Notes under the pieces: model-generated
Told to the model about the DNA's origin: nothing
The model's input: only the letters and a program-made list of their open reading frames with translations
The model's database searches: none
Shown: positions 24,165 through 31,950 of the stretch, in pieces
How positions within the stretch are numbered: the first letter of the stretch is position 1
Layout: the number at the start of each line of letters is the position of its first letter
Position numbers and translations under genes: made by a program
NCBI RefSeq assembly: GCF_000017305.1
Contig: NC_009664.2
Coordinates: forward strand, 1,980,001 to 2,012,000
Reading direction: 5' to 3'
DNA: 32,000 nucleotides
From: Kineococcus radiotolerans SRS30216 = ATCC BAA-149
GTDB taxonomy: Bacteria; Actinomycetota; Actinomycetes; Actinomycetales; Kineococcaceae

Positions 24165-24191
24165 CCATCGGCAGCCCGGCGCGTCGCCTGA
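24165..24191 (-). promoter_or_regulatory. Putative sigma-28 (FliA/WhiG)-type promoter of the conservon
   Basis: Minus strand reads TCAG-N15-GCCGATGG about 120 nt upstream of the cvnA ATG. Core and spacing are identical to the cheB and cheA sites. Confidence 0.4.
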
Positions 24192-24225
24192 CCCTCCGGG
24201 GGGTTCGTGTGATCGGGAGCAGGGG

Positions 24226-24864
24226 GTGGAGCGCGTGGAGGACGTCGCCGAGGTGGCCGTCGTGGTGCTCGCGGGCGGCGGGAGCACCCGCTGGGCCGCG
24301 CAGACCGCCCGCGAGGGGCGGGGCGGCGCGGACAAGCTGGCCGCCCCCCTGGGCGGGGTCACCGTCCTGGAGCACCTGCTGCGCGGGCTGACCGGGCGCG
24401 AGGTGGTCCTCGTCGGCCCCGGCGGGATCCGCGAGGACCCGCCCGGCGGCGGTCCCCTCGCCGGGTTCGCCGCCGGGCTGGGGGCGAGCACCGCGGGCGT
24501 GCTCGTCCTGCTGGGGGGCGACCAGCCGTTCGCGGCGAGCGCCGTCCCCCGGCTGCTGGCCGCGCTCGCGCGGGACCCCGCGCTGGACGCCGTCGTCGGG
24601 GTCGACGCGGACGGGCGCCGGCAGCCCCTGCTGTCCGCGCACCGGCGCGAGCGCGCCCGCCGGGTCCTGGACGGGCTGCCGGCCGTGGCGGGCCTGCCGC
24701 TGCGCGAGCTGTTCCGCGGGCGGGTCGGGGAGGTCGCGGTGAGCGCGCGCGAGGCGCTGGACGTGGACGTCCCGCAGGACCTGGCCCGGGCCCGGGCGCT
24801 GCTGCCCGGGCCGCCCGCCGCGCGCGGCGGGGACCCGGAGGCGTCGGGCCCGGGCCCGACGTAG
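24226..24864 (+). CDS. MobA-like nucleotidyltransferase (molybdenum cofactor guanylyltransferase family)
   Basis: VVLAGGGSTRW...DK...G, DPPGGGPLAGF and LLGGDQPF resemble the NTP_transf_3/MobA motifs. GTG 24226 follows GGGAG; the alternative start is GTG 24235. Confidence 0.65.
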   Translation: MERVEDVAEVAVVVLAGGGSTRWAAQTAREGRGGADKLAAPLGGVTVLEHLLRGLTGREVVLVGPGGIREDPPGGGPLAGFAAGLGASTAGVLVLLGGDQPFAASAVPRLLAALARDPALDAVVGVDADGRRQPLLSAHRRERARRVLDGLPAVAGLPLRELFRGRVGEVAVSAREALDVDVPQDLARARALLPGPPAARGGDPEASGPGPT

Positions 24865-24873
24865 TGTCGCGGC

Positions 24874-25863
24874 GTGCGCGCTGTGATCGTCGACCGCCCC
24901 GGGGGCCCCGAGGTCCTCGTCCCCACCGACCTGCCCGACCCGGTGGCCGGGCCCGGTGAGGTGGTGGTCCGGGTCGCGGCCGCCGGGGTGAACCGGGCCG
25001 ACGTGGCGCAGCGGCTGGGGAAGTACCCTTCCCCGCCGGGAGCGCCGCAGAACCCCGGGCTGGAGGTGTCGGGCTGGGTCGAGTCGGCCGGTCCCGGCGT
25101 CGCCCGCGCCGTGGGCGAGGAGGTCTGCGCCCTGCTCGGGGGCGGGGGGTACGCCGAGCGCGTCGTGGTGCCCGCGGGGCAGCTCCTGCCGGTGCCGCAG
25201 GGGGTCGGGCTGGTGGAGGCGGCCGCCCTGCCCGAGGTCGCCTGCACGGTGTGGTCGAACGTGTTCACCCTGGCCGGGTTGCGCCCGGGGGAACTCCTCC
25301 TGGTGCACGGGGGGTCCAGCGGCATCGGCACGATGGCGATCCAGCTCGCCCGCCAGATCGGGGCGCGGGTCGCGGTCACGGCGGGGTCGGCGGACAAGCT
25401 GGAGCGGTGCGCCGAGCTCGGGGCGCAGGTGCTGGTGAACTACCGCGACGACGACTTCGTCGAGCGGGTCCGCGCGTTCGAGCCGGCCGGCGCCGACGTC
25501 GTGCTCGACCTCGTCGGCGCGCCCTACCTGGCCCGCAACCTCGACGTCCTGGCCACCGGGGGGCGGCTGGTGGTGATCGCCACCCAGGGCGGGACCCACG
25601 CCGAGCTCGACCTCGGGCTGCTGATGCGCAAGCGGATCTCGCTGCACGCCACCGGGTTGCGCTACCGCCCGGCCGAGGAGAAGGCGGGGATCGTGGCCAG
25701 CGTCCGCGACCACGTGTGGCCGCTGGTCGCCGACGGCGCGGTGCGCCCGGTCGTGCACGCGACGTTCCCGCTGGCCGAGGCCGCCCGGGCCCACGAGGTG
25801 ATGGAGGGTTCCTCCCACGTGGGCAAGCTGCTGCTGGTCACCGGGGCGACGGCGCCTGCGTGA
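24874..25863 (+). CDS. NADPH:quinone oxidoreductase (zeta-crystallin/MDR family)
   Basis: GEVVVRVAAAGVNRADV, PGLEVSGWV, VHGGSSGIGT, GKLLL: the typical Qor-type medium-chain reductase pattern. Confidence 0.88.
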   Translation: MRAVIVDRPGGPEVLVPTDLPDPVAGPGEVVVRVAAAGVNRADVAQRLGKYPSPPGAPQNPGLEVSGWVESAGPGVARAVGEEVCALLGGGGYAERVVVPAGQLLPVPQGVGLVEAAALPEVACTVWSNVFTLAGLRPGELLLVHGGSSGIGTMAIQLARQIGARVAVTAGSADKLERCAELGAQVLVNYRDDDFVERVRAFEPAGADVVLDLVGAPYLARNLDVLATGGRLVVIATQGGTHAELDLGLLMRKRISLHATGLRYRPAEEKAGIVASVRDHVWPLVADGAVRPVVHATFPLAEAARAHEVMEGSSHVGKLLLVTGATAPA

Positions 25864-27611
25864 GGGCCGCGGACCTCGCGGCGAGGTTCCCGCCGCACGT
25901 CCTGCGCGACTACGCGCTCATCGCCGACGGCGCGCGCGGGGCGGTCGTGGGCCCGCGCGGGGACATCGGCTGGATGTGCGCCCCGCGCTGGCACGACGAC
26001 GCGGTGTTCGCGAACCTGCTGGGCGGGCGCGGCATGTTCGCGGTGACCCCGTCGCACCCGTACACCTGGGGCGGGCACTACGAGCCGTCGACGCTGGTGT
26101 TCCGCCACCACTGGACCTCCCGCGGCGACGGCACCATCGACTGCCGCGACGCGATGGCCATGCCCAGCGACCCCGAGTGCGCCGTGCTGCTGCGCGAGAT
26201 CAGCGCGGTGGAGGGCGACGGCGAGGTCGACGTCCTCCTCGACCTGCGCGCCGCGTTCGGCACGAAGGCGCTGCGCGGCCTGCACCGCGACGACGACGGC
26301 CGCTGGAGCGCGCGCACCGGCGACCTGCACGTGCGCCTCACCGGGCTGGGCGGGGCGCGCGCGGAGGCGGGGGTCCTGAGCGCGCACCTGCGGGTGCCCG
26401 CCGGGGAGTCGCACCACCTGGTGCTGGAGGTCGGGACCCGGTTGCCGGACGCGCCGCCGGACCCGGCGCACGCGTGGGCGTCGACGGTGCACACGTGGCG
26501 CTCGGCGGTGCCGGAGGTGTCGAACAGCGTGGCCCCCTCGGAGGCGCAGCACTCCTTCGCCGTCATCCGCGGGCTCACCTCCGACGACGGCGGGATGGTG
26601 GCGGCGGCGACGATGTCGCTGCCCGAGCACGCCGACCACGGGCGCAGCTACGACTACCGCTACGCCTGGATCCGCGACCAGTGCTACGCGGGGCTGGCGC
26701 TGGCCGAGTGCGGCGGCCCGCACCCCCTCTACGAGACGTTGGTGGGTTTCGTCGTGCGCCGCGTCCTGCAGGACGGCCCGGGTCTCGTCCCGGCCTACAC
26801 GGTGCTCGGGGACCCGGTGCCGGAGGAGCGTTCCACCGGCCTGCCCGGCTACCCCGGCGGCTGGGACATCGCCGGGAACCACGTGCGGGGGCAGTTCCAG
26901 CTCGACGCGTTCGGGGTGGTCCTGCAGCTGCTGGCCTCGGCGGCGGCGCTCGACGTCCTCGACGCCGACGGCTGGCGCGCGGTGGAGGTGGCCGTCTCCG
27001 CCATCGAGCGGCGGTGGGAGACCCCGGACGCGGGGATCTGGGAGATCGAGGACGACTGGTGGGCGCACTCGCGCCTGGAGTGCGTGGCGGGGCTGAAGTG
27101 CATCGCCCAGGTGTCCTCCCCCGCCGACGCCGCGCGGTGCGCGGCGCTCGCGGACACGATCCTGGCCCGCACCTCGCGGGAGTGCCTGCACCCCCTGGAG
27201 GGGCGGTGGCAGCGCAGCCCGGGGCAGCCCGGGGTGGACGCGGCGCTGCTGCGGCCGGCGCTGCACGGGGCGGTGGCGATCGAGGACCCGCGCACGCGGG
27301 CCACCCTGGCCGCGGTGCGCCGGGACCTGGTGGAGGACCACTACGTCTACCGCTACTCCCCCGACTCGATGCCGCTGGGCACGACGGAGGGCGCGTTCCT
27401 GCTGTGCGGGTTCGTGCTGGCCGAGGCGCTGCACGCCGACGGCCAGGAGGTCGAGGCGTTCCGGTTCTTCGAGCGCAACCGCGCCGCGTGCGGGCCGGCG
27501 GCGCTGCTGAGCGAGGAGTGGGACGTGCAGGAGCGGCAGCTGCGGGGGAACCTCCCGCAGGCGTTCGTGCACGCCGCCCTGCTGTCGAGCTCGATCCGGC
27601 TGGCCCGCTGA
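25860..27611 (+). CDS. Glycoside hydrolase family 15 (glucoamylase/trehalase-like)
   Basis: GTG 25860 overlaps the qor TGA (GTGA). LRDYALIADG...GSIDW-like GDIGWMCAPRWD, YDYRYAWIRD, GIWE and LSEEWD match the actinobacterial GH15 pattern. Confidence 0.85.
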   Translation: MRAADLAARFPPHVLRDYALIADGARGAVVGPRGDIGWMCAPRWHDDAVFANLLGGRGMFAVTPSHPYTWGGHYEPSTLVFRHHWTSRGDGTIDCRDAMAMPSDPECAVLLREISAVEGDGEVDVLLDLRAAFGTKALRGLHRDDDGRWSARTGDLHVRLTGLGGARAEAGVLSAHLRVPAGESHHLVLEVGTRLPDAPPDPAHAWASTVHTWRSAVPEVSNSVAPSEAQHSFAVIRGLTSDDGGMVAAATMSLPEHADHGRSYDYRYAWIRDQCYAGLALAECGGPHPLYETLVGFVVRRVLQDGPGLVPAYTVLGDPVPEERSTGLPGYPGGWDIAGNHVRGQFQLDAFGVVLQLLASAAALDVLDADGWRAVEVAVSAIERRWETPDAGIWEIEDDWWAHSRLECVAGLKCIAQVSSPADAARCAALADTILARTSRECLHPLEGRWQRSPGQPGVDAALLRPALHGAVAIEDPRTRATLAAVRRDLVEDHYVYRYSPDSMPLGTTEGAFLLCGFVLAEALHADGQEVEAFRFFERNRAACGPAALLSEEWDVQERQLRGNLPQAFVHAALLSSSIRLAR

Positions 27612-27638
27612 GGCGGCGCCCCAGCGGGCCGTCCGGGA

Positions 27639-28055
27639 TCAGGCGGTGGCGATCTCGATCCGGGTCGGCTGGGCGGTGGTGTGCGCCCCGGCGACGCGGA
27701 CGGTCAGGACACCGGCGTCGTAGCTCGCGCTGACGGCGTCCGCGGTGACGGACTTCGGCAGGGTGAAGCTGCGGCGGAAGGTGCCGTAGCGGATCTCGGT
27801 GCGACCGCGCGCGGACTCCTCGCGGGGGTCCTTGCGCTCGCCGCGCACGACGAGGCGGCCGCTCTCGACCTCGACGGTGACGTCGTCGAGGGCGACGCCG
27901 GGCAGTTCCAGCTTCACGAGGGCGTCGTCGCCGTCACGGCCGACCTCGGCGGCGGGCGCGAAACCCGTGGCGGGGCTGAGGCTGTGGCGGACGAGGGCGT
28001 CGAACTGGGCCTGGGTCTCGAAGGGGCTGCGGCGCCACACGGACAGGGTGTTCAC
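27639..28055 (-). CDS. Hsp20/alpha-crystallin small heat-shock protein
   Basis: GTG 28055 lies 6 nt after AGGAGGA. Alpha-crystallin domain shown by LELPGVALDDVTVEVESGRLVVRGER...YGTFRRSFTLP...ASYDAGVLTVRV. Confidence 0.92.
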   Translation of the reverse strand: MNTLSVWRRSPFETQAQFDALVRHSLSPATGFAPAAEVGRDGDDALVKLELPGVALDDVTVEVESGRLVVRGERKDPREESARGRTEIRYGTFRRSFTLPKSVTADAVSASYDAGVLTVRVAGAHTTAQPTRIEIATA

Positions 28056-28111
28056 GGTTGTCCTCCTCGGACGGTGGTGGCGCCCGGGGTGGGCGCCGTC
28101 GAGGGTTCCAA

Positions 28112-28132
28112 CCTGAGCGGGGTCGACTCAAT
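28112..28132. promoter_or_regulatory. HAIR-like inverted repeat (candidate HspR operator) upstream of hsp20
   Basis: CCTGAGC-N7-ACTCAAT against the HAIR consensus CTTGAGT-N7-ACTCAAG (11/14 positions, correct 7-nt spacer), 57-77 nt upstream of the hsp20 start. Confidence 0.35.
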
Positions 28133-28202
28133 GCCGGTGTTCGCCGCCGGCGGACGAGGGTCCGGACGCGCACGCCGCCGGGAGTCGGGAAAGGATCCGG
28201 GC

Positions 28203-29171
28203 ATGGACTACGTGAAGCTCGGCCGCACCGGCCTCGAAGTGTCCCGTCTCGTCCTCGGCTGCATGAGCTACGGCGACCCCGCGCGCGGGGGGCACCCCTG
28301 GACCCTGCCCGAGGAGGACAGCGCCCCCTTCCTGCACCGGGCCCTGGACGCGGGGGTGAACTTCTTCGACACCGCCAACGTCTACTCCGACGGCTCCAGC
28401 GAGGAGATCCTCGGCCGGGTCCTGCTGAAGGCCGTCCGCCGCGAGGACGTCGTCATCGCCACCAAGGTCTACAACCGGATGCGCCCGGGGCCCAACGGGG
28501 CGGGGCTGTCGCGGCAGGCGATCCTCACCGAGATCGACGCCTCCCTGCGCCGGCTGGGCACCGACCACGTCGACCTCTACCAGATCCACCGCTTCGACCC
28601 CACGACCCCGCTGGAGGAGACGCTGGAGGCGCTGCACGACGTGGTGCGCGCCGGCAAGGTCCGCTACCTGGGGGCGAGCTCGATGTGGGCGTGGCAGTTC
28701 GCCAAGGCCCTGCACCTGCAGGAGCTGCACGGCTGGACCCGCTTCGTGACGATGCAGGACCACTACAACCTCCTCTACCGCGAGGAGGAGCGCGAGATGC
28801 TGCCGCTGTGCGCCGACGAGGGCATCGGGGTCATCCCGTGGAGCCCGCTGGCGCGCGGCAAGCTGACCCGCGACTGGGACGCGACGACGAACCGCTCGGA
28901 GACCGACGAGTTCGGCAAGACCCTCTACCGCGACTCCGACGCCGAGGTCGTCGCCGCGGTCGGGCGGGTCGCCGAGCGCCGCGGGGTGTCCCGGGCGCAG
29001 GTCGCGCTGGCCTGGGTGGCCCGCAACCCCGTCGTGGTGGCCCCGATCGTGGGCGCGACCAAGCCCCACCACCTCGAGGACGCCCTCGCCGGCATCGAGC
29101 TGGAGCTCACCGCCGACGAGGTCGCCGAGCTCGAGGCGCCCTACGAGCCCCACGAGGTCGCCGGGTTCTGA
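28203..29171 (+). CDS. Aldo/keto reductase
   Basis: ATG 28203. LGCMSYG, FFDTANVYSDGSSEEILG, HVDLYQIHRFD, VRYLGASS, IPWSPLARG. Confidence 0.92.
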   Translation: MDYVKLGRTGLEVSRLVLGCMSYGDPARGGHPWTLPEEDSAPFLHRALDAGVNFFDTANVYSDGSSEEILGRVLLKAVRREDVVIATKVYNRMRPGPNGAGLSRQAILTEIDASLRRLGTDHVDLYQIHRFDPTTPLEETLEALHDVVRAGKVRYLGASSMWAWQFAKALHLQELHGWTRFVTMQDHYNLLYREEEREMLPLCADEGIGVIPWSPLARGKLTRDWDATTNRSETDEFGKTLYRDSDAEVVAAVGRVAERRGVSRAQVALAWVARNPVVVAPIVGATKPHHLEDALAGIELELTADEVAELEAPYEPHEVAGF

Positions 29172-29173
29172 CC

Positions 29174-29203
29174 CCGGCGGTGGCCCGGCGGGAGCACCGC
29201 CGG
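29174..29203. terminator. Hairpin between the convergent AKR and sorC-type genes
   Basis: CCGGCGGTG (29174-29182) pairs with CACCGCCGG (29195-29203): 9-bp stem, 12-nt loop. Confidence 0.3.
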
Positions 29204-29223
29204 GTCACCGGCCCCGGCGCGGG

Positions 29224-30198
29224 TCAGCCGGGCTGGGCGAGGACCGCGCGGGCCAGCGAGGAGTGGGTCACCAGGGTGGAGACGATCCCGCTGCGCAGGG
29301 CGGTCGCCGTGGCCGCGGCGCGCAGGTCCCCGCAGGCCATCGCCACGACGTCGGGGGTGGCGCGCAGCTGGGCGCCGGTGACGCCGATGACGCGGTCGCT
29401 CAGGGCGTCGACCTCCCGGCCGTCGGCGCCGAGGAGGACGCCGGTGATCTCGGCGACGACCCCGGCGCTCGAGAGCGCCTCCCGGTCGGCCTCTCCGAGG
29501 GAGTCCAGGGCGGTGGACTCCCCCGGGTGCCACGCCCCCACCGACACCACGGCCTTGGTGAGGCGGTCCAGCTCGGCCAGCGCCTCGCTGATCCCCGACT
29601 GCGAGCGCAGGCCGTCGGCGGTCGCGGCGTCGGGGACGGCCAGCGGGGCGTAGAAGGTCGTGGCCGAGGAGCCGGTGGCCTCGGCCATCCGGCGGACCAG
29701 CTCGACCGCGCTCTCCTCCACGTCCGGGCGCGGCAGGGCGCCCGACAGCTGCACGAACCGGCAGCCGATGCTCGCCCCGATCGACGCGGCGAGCTGGGAG
29801 ATCGTCCGCCCCCAGGCCAGGCCGACGACGTCCTCGGCGGTGACGCTCTCCTCCAGCAGCCCCGCGGTGAACCCGGCGACGGCCCGGCGCTGCCCGGCGA
29901 CGGTGTCCTCCTCGGGCTTGACGACGTAGACCGCGCGCACCCCGAACCGCTCGCGCAGGGCGTCGGCGAGCTCGCCGTCCAGCGAGCTGGGCACGACGAC
30001 GTGGATCTGCACGAGACCGGCCTCCTGGGCGTCCGCCAGCAGCCGGGCGACCTTGAAGCGGCTGACCCCGAGCTGGCGGGCGATCTCGACCTTGGTGAGG
30101 CCCTCGACGTAGAAGCGCCGGGCCGCGGCCGCCGCGAGCGCGAGGGCGCTCGTGGACAGTCGTCGCGACACCGCACCACGGGCTGGCGTCCTCGCCAT
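29224..30198 (-). CDS. SorC/DeoR-type sugar-binding transcriptional regulator
   Basis: ATG 30198 follows AGGAGG. N-terminal HTH (AARRFYVEGLTKVEIARQLGVSRFKVARLL) plus a SorC sugar-binding domain (GLAWGRT, VQLSG, VVSVG, GDL...). Confidence 0.88.
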   Translation of the reverse strand: MARTPARGAVSRRLSTSALALAAAAARRFYVEGLTKVEIARQLGVSRFKVARLLADAQEAGLVQIHVVVPSSLDGELADALRERFGVRAVYVVKPEEDTVAGQRRAVAGFTAGLLEESVTAEDVVGLAWGRTISQLAASIGASIGCRFVQLSGALPRPDVEESAVELVRRMAEATGSSATTFYAPLAVPDAATADGLRSQSGISEALAELDRLTKAVVSVGAWHPGESTALDSLGEADREALSSAGVVAEITGVLLGADGREVDALSDRVIGVTGAQLRATPDVVAMACGDLRAAATATALRSGIVSTLVTHSSLARAVLAQPG

Positions 30199-30299
30199 GG
30201 CACCTCCTGGACTGGCGGCCCGACCGGGCGGACCTGGGACCGACGAACGAGTTGACAGCCGCCTGCTACGGCGTCACGATCGGCACAGCTGAGAGTAGC

Positions 30300-30315
30300 C
30301 CGCTCAAATGAGCGG
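30300..30315. promoter_or_regulatory. AT-centred palindrome in the sorC/ABC divergent intergenic region (candidate operator)
   Basis: CCGCTCA-aa-TGAGCGG: perfect 7-bp arms. It is the only AT-centred palindrome I see in this 200-bp GC-rich spacer. Confidence 0.3.
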
Positions 30316-30400
30316 TTGCAACGGCCGGACCACGGCGCCGCGGACGGCGCCCGGCCCGGTCCGGCGCGCACCTCGTCGACGAAGACACTGGAGGGGAACG

Positions 30401-31837
30401 ATGGCTGAACGTCAGGGCCCGCGGACCGGCACGACCACGCACGGCACCTTCGCCTCGCCGCTGAGCCGGCGGGCGGCCCTGGGCGGGGCGGCCGGCGTCG
30501 GCGCCACCGCCGCGCTCAGCGCCTGCGCCGGCGCCGGTGGTGGCGGCGGCACCGGCAGCGGCGGCGGCGAGGGCGGCGGGGACGACAAGACGCTCAACGT
30601 CATCATGGTGAACAACCCGCAGATGGTGGACCTGCAGAAGCTCACCGCGGACAACTTCACCAAGGACACCGGCATCACCGTGAAGTACACGGTCCTGCCC
30701 GAGAACGACGTCCGCGACAAGATCAGCCAGGAGTTCTCCAGCCAGGCCGGTCAGTACGACGTCGCGTCGATCTCGAACTACGAGGTCCCGTTCTACTCGA
30801 AGAACGGCTGGCTCGCGCCGCTGGACGAGTTCATCTCCGCCGACTCCGCCTTCGGCCAGGACGACATCCTCAAGCCGCTGGCCACCGCGCTGACCGGCGA
30901 GGACGGCAAGGTCTACGCCGAGCCGTTCTACGGCGAGTCCTCCTTCCTCATGTACCGCAAGGACGTGTTCGAGGCCAAGGGCCTGACCATGCCCGAGAAG
31001 CCGACGTGGCAGGAGGTCGCGGACTTCGCCGCCCAGCTCGACGGCGCCCAGCCCGGCATGAAGGGCATCGCCCTGCGCGGCCAGCCCGGCTGGGGGCAGG
31101 TCTTCGCCCCCCTCACCACCGTCGTCAACACCTTCGGCGGCACCTGGTTCGACGAGGACTGGACCGCGCAGGTCAACGCGCCGGAGTTCGTCGCGGCGAC
31201 GAAGTTCTACGTCGACCTCGTCCGGGCCCACGGCGAGAACGGCGCCCCGCAGGCCGGGTTCACCGAGTGCCTCAACGGCATGACCCAGTCGCAGGTCGCC
31301 ATGTGGTACGACGCGACCTCGGCCGCCGGTTCGCTGGACGCCGCGGACTCCCCCGTCGCCGGGAAGATCGGCTACGTCGCCGCCCCCGTCGACCAGACCG
31401 AGTCCTCCGGCTGGCTCTACACCTGGGCGTGGGGCGTGCAGAAGGCCTCCAAGCGCCAGGAGAACGCCTGGAAGTTCATCTCCTGGGCCTCCAGCAAGGA
31501 GTACGAGGAGCTCGTCGGGGCGCAGGTTGGCTGGGCCAGCGTCCCCGCCGGCAAGCGCAACTCCACCTACGAGAACGCCGACTACCAGGCCTCGGCCGGC
31601 CCGTTCTACAAGGCCACCCAGGACGCCATCAACGCCGCGAACCCGGCCGACCCCGGCGTCCAGCCGCGCCCCGCGCCCGGCATCCAGTTCGTCGCGATCC
31701 CCGAGTTCGCCGACCTCGGCACCCAGGTCTCGCAGTTCGTCTCCTCGGCCATCGCCGGTCAGATGAGCGTCGAGGACGCCCTGGACCAGGGTCAGGACCT
31801 CGCGACGAAGCTGGTCAGCGACAAGTACAAGAAGTGA
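30401..31837 (+). CDS. ABC transporter extracellular solute-binding lipoprotein (sugar/polyol type)
   Basis: ATG 30401 follows GGAGGGG. Tat-like SRRAALGG motif and lipobox LSAC. Family-1 SBP features (YDVASISNYE, FYGESSFLMYRKD, GIALRG). Confidence 0.9.
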   Translation: MAERQGPRTGTTTHGTFASPLSRRAALGGAAGVGATAALSACAGAGGGGGTGSGGGEGGGDDKTLNVIMVNNPQMVDLQKLTADNFTKDTGITVKYTVLPENDVRDKISQEFSSQAGQYDVASISNYEVPFYSKNGWLAPLDEFISADSAFGQDDILKPLATALTGEDGKVYAEPFYGESSFLMYRKDVFEAKGLTMPEKPTWQEVADFAAQLDGAQPGMKGIALRGQPGWGQVFAPLTTVVNTFGGTWFDEDWTAQVNAPEFVAATKFYVDLVRAHGENGAPQAGFTECLNGMTQSQVAMWYDATSAAGSLDAADSPVAGKIGYVAAPVDQTESSGWLYTWAWGVQKASKRQENAWKFISWASSKEYEELVGAQVGWASVPAGKRNSTYENADYQASAGPFYKATQDAINAANPADPGVQPRPAPGIQFVAIPEFADLGTQVSQFVSSAIAGQMSVEDALDQGQDLATKLVSDKYKK

Positions 31838-31843
31838 CACCCG

Positions 31844-31878
31844 CCGCGGCTGCCCACCGGACCGGTGGGCGGCCGCGG
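31844..31878 (+). terminator. Intercistronic stem-loop after the binding-protein gene (attenuator/stabiliser type)
   Basis: CCGCGGCTGCCCACCGG / a / CCGGTGGGCGGCCGCGG: 17-nt arms with one G.U pair, followed by TCTT. It begins 7 nt after the stop. Confidence 0.4.
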
Positions 31879-31950
31879 TCTTCCCGGGTGACCGGGTAGT
31901 TCACCCAGAGCACGCCGGACCCACCGTCAGTCCTCGGAGGACGTCCTTCC

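Noticed and set aside
24042-25397. N-terminal 452 codons of the 1486-aa ORF 20937..25397
   Set aside because: This part is R/P/S/T-rich and overlaps the MobA-like and qor genes in antisense. ATG 24041, with GGAAGG 5 nt upstream, starts exactly at the CvnA-type N-terminal helix.
24043-27733. ORFs 24043..25818 (-), 25662..27572 (-) and 25976..27733 (+)
   Set aside because: They are antisense or out of frame to the qor and GH15 genes and are low-complexity R/G/P/A translations.
30252-30257. TTGACA hexamer as the -35 of the ABC operon promoter
   Set aside because: At 16-18 nt spacing the downstream hexamers (TCACGA, CACGAT, ACGATC) do not fit a TANNNT -10. It was therefore left uncalled.
28058-31899. 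ORFs 28058..29653 (+), 28128..29153 (-), 29263..30255 (+), 29400..30371 (-), 30266..31840 (-) and 31006..31899 (+)
   Set aside because: These are alternative frames of the AKR, SorC and ABC binding-protein genes, with R/G/P-rich composition.
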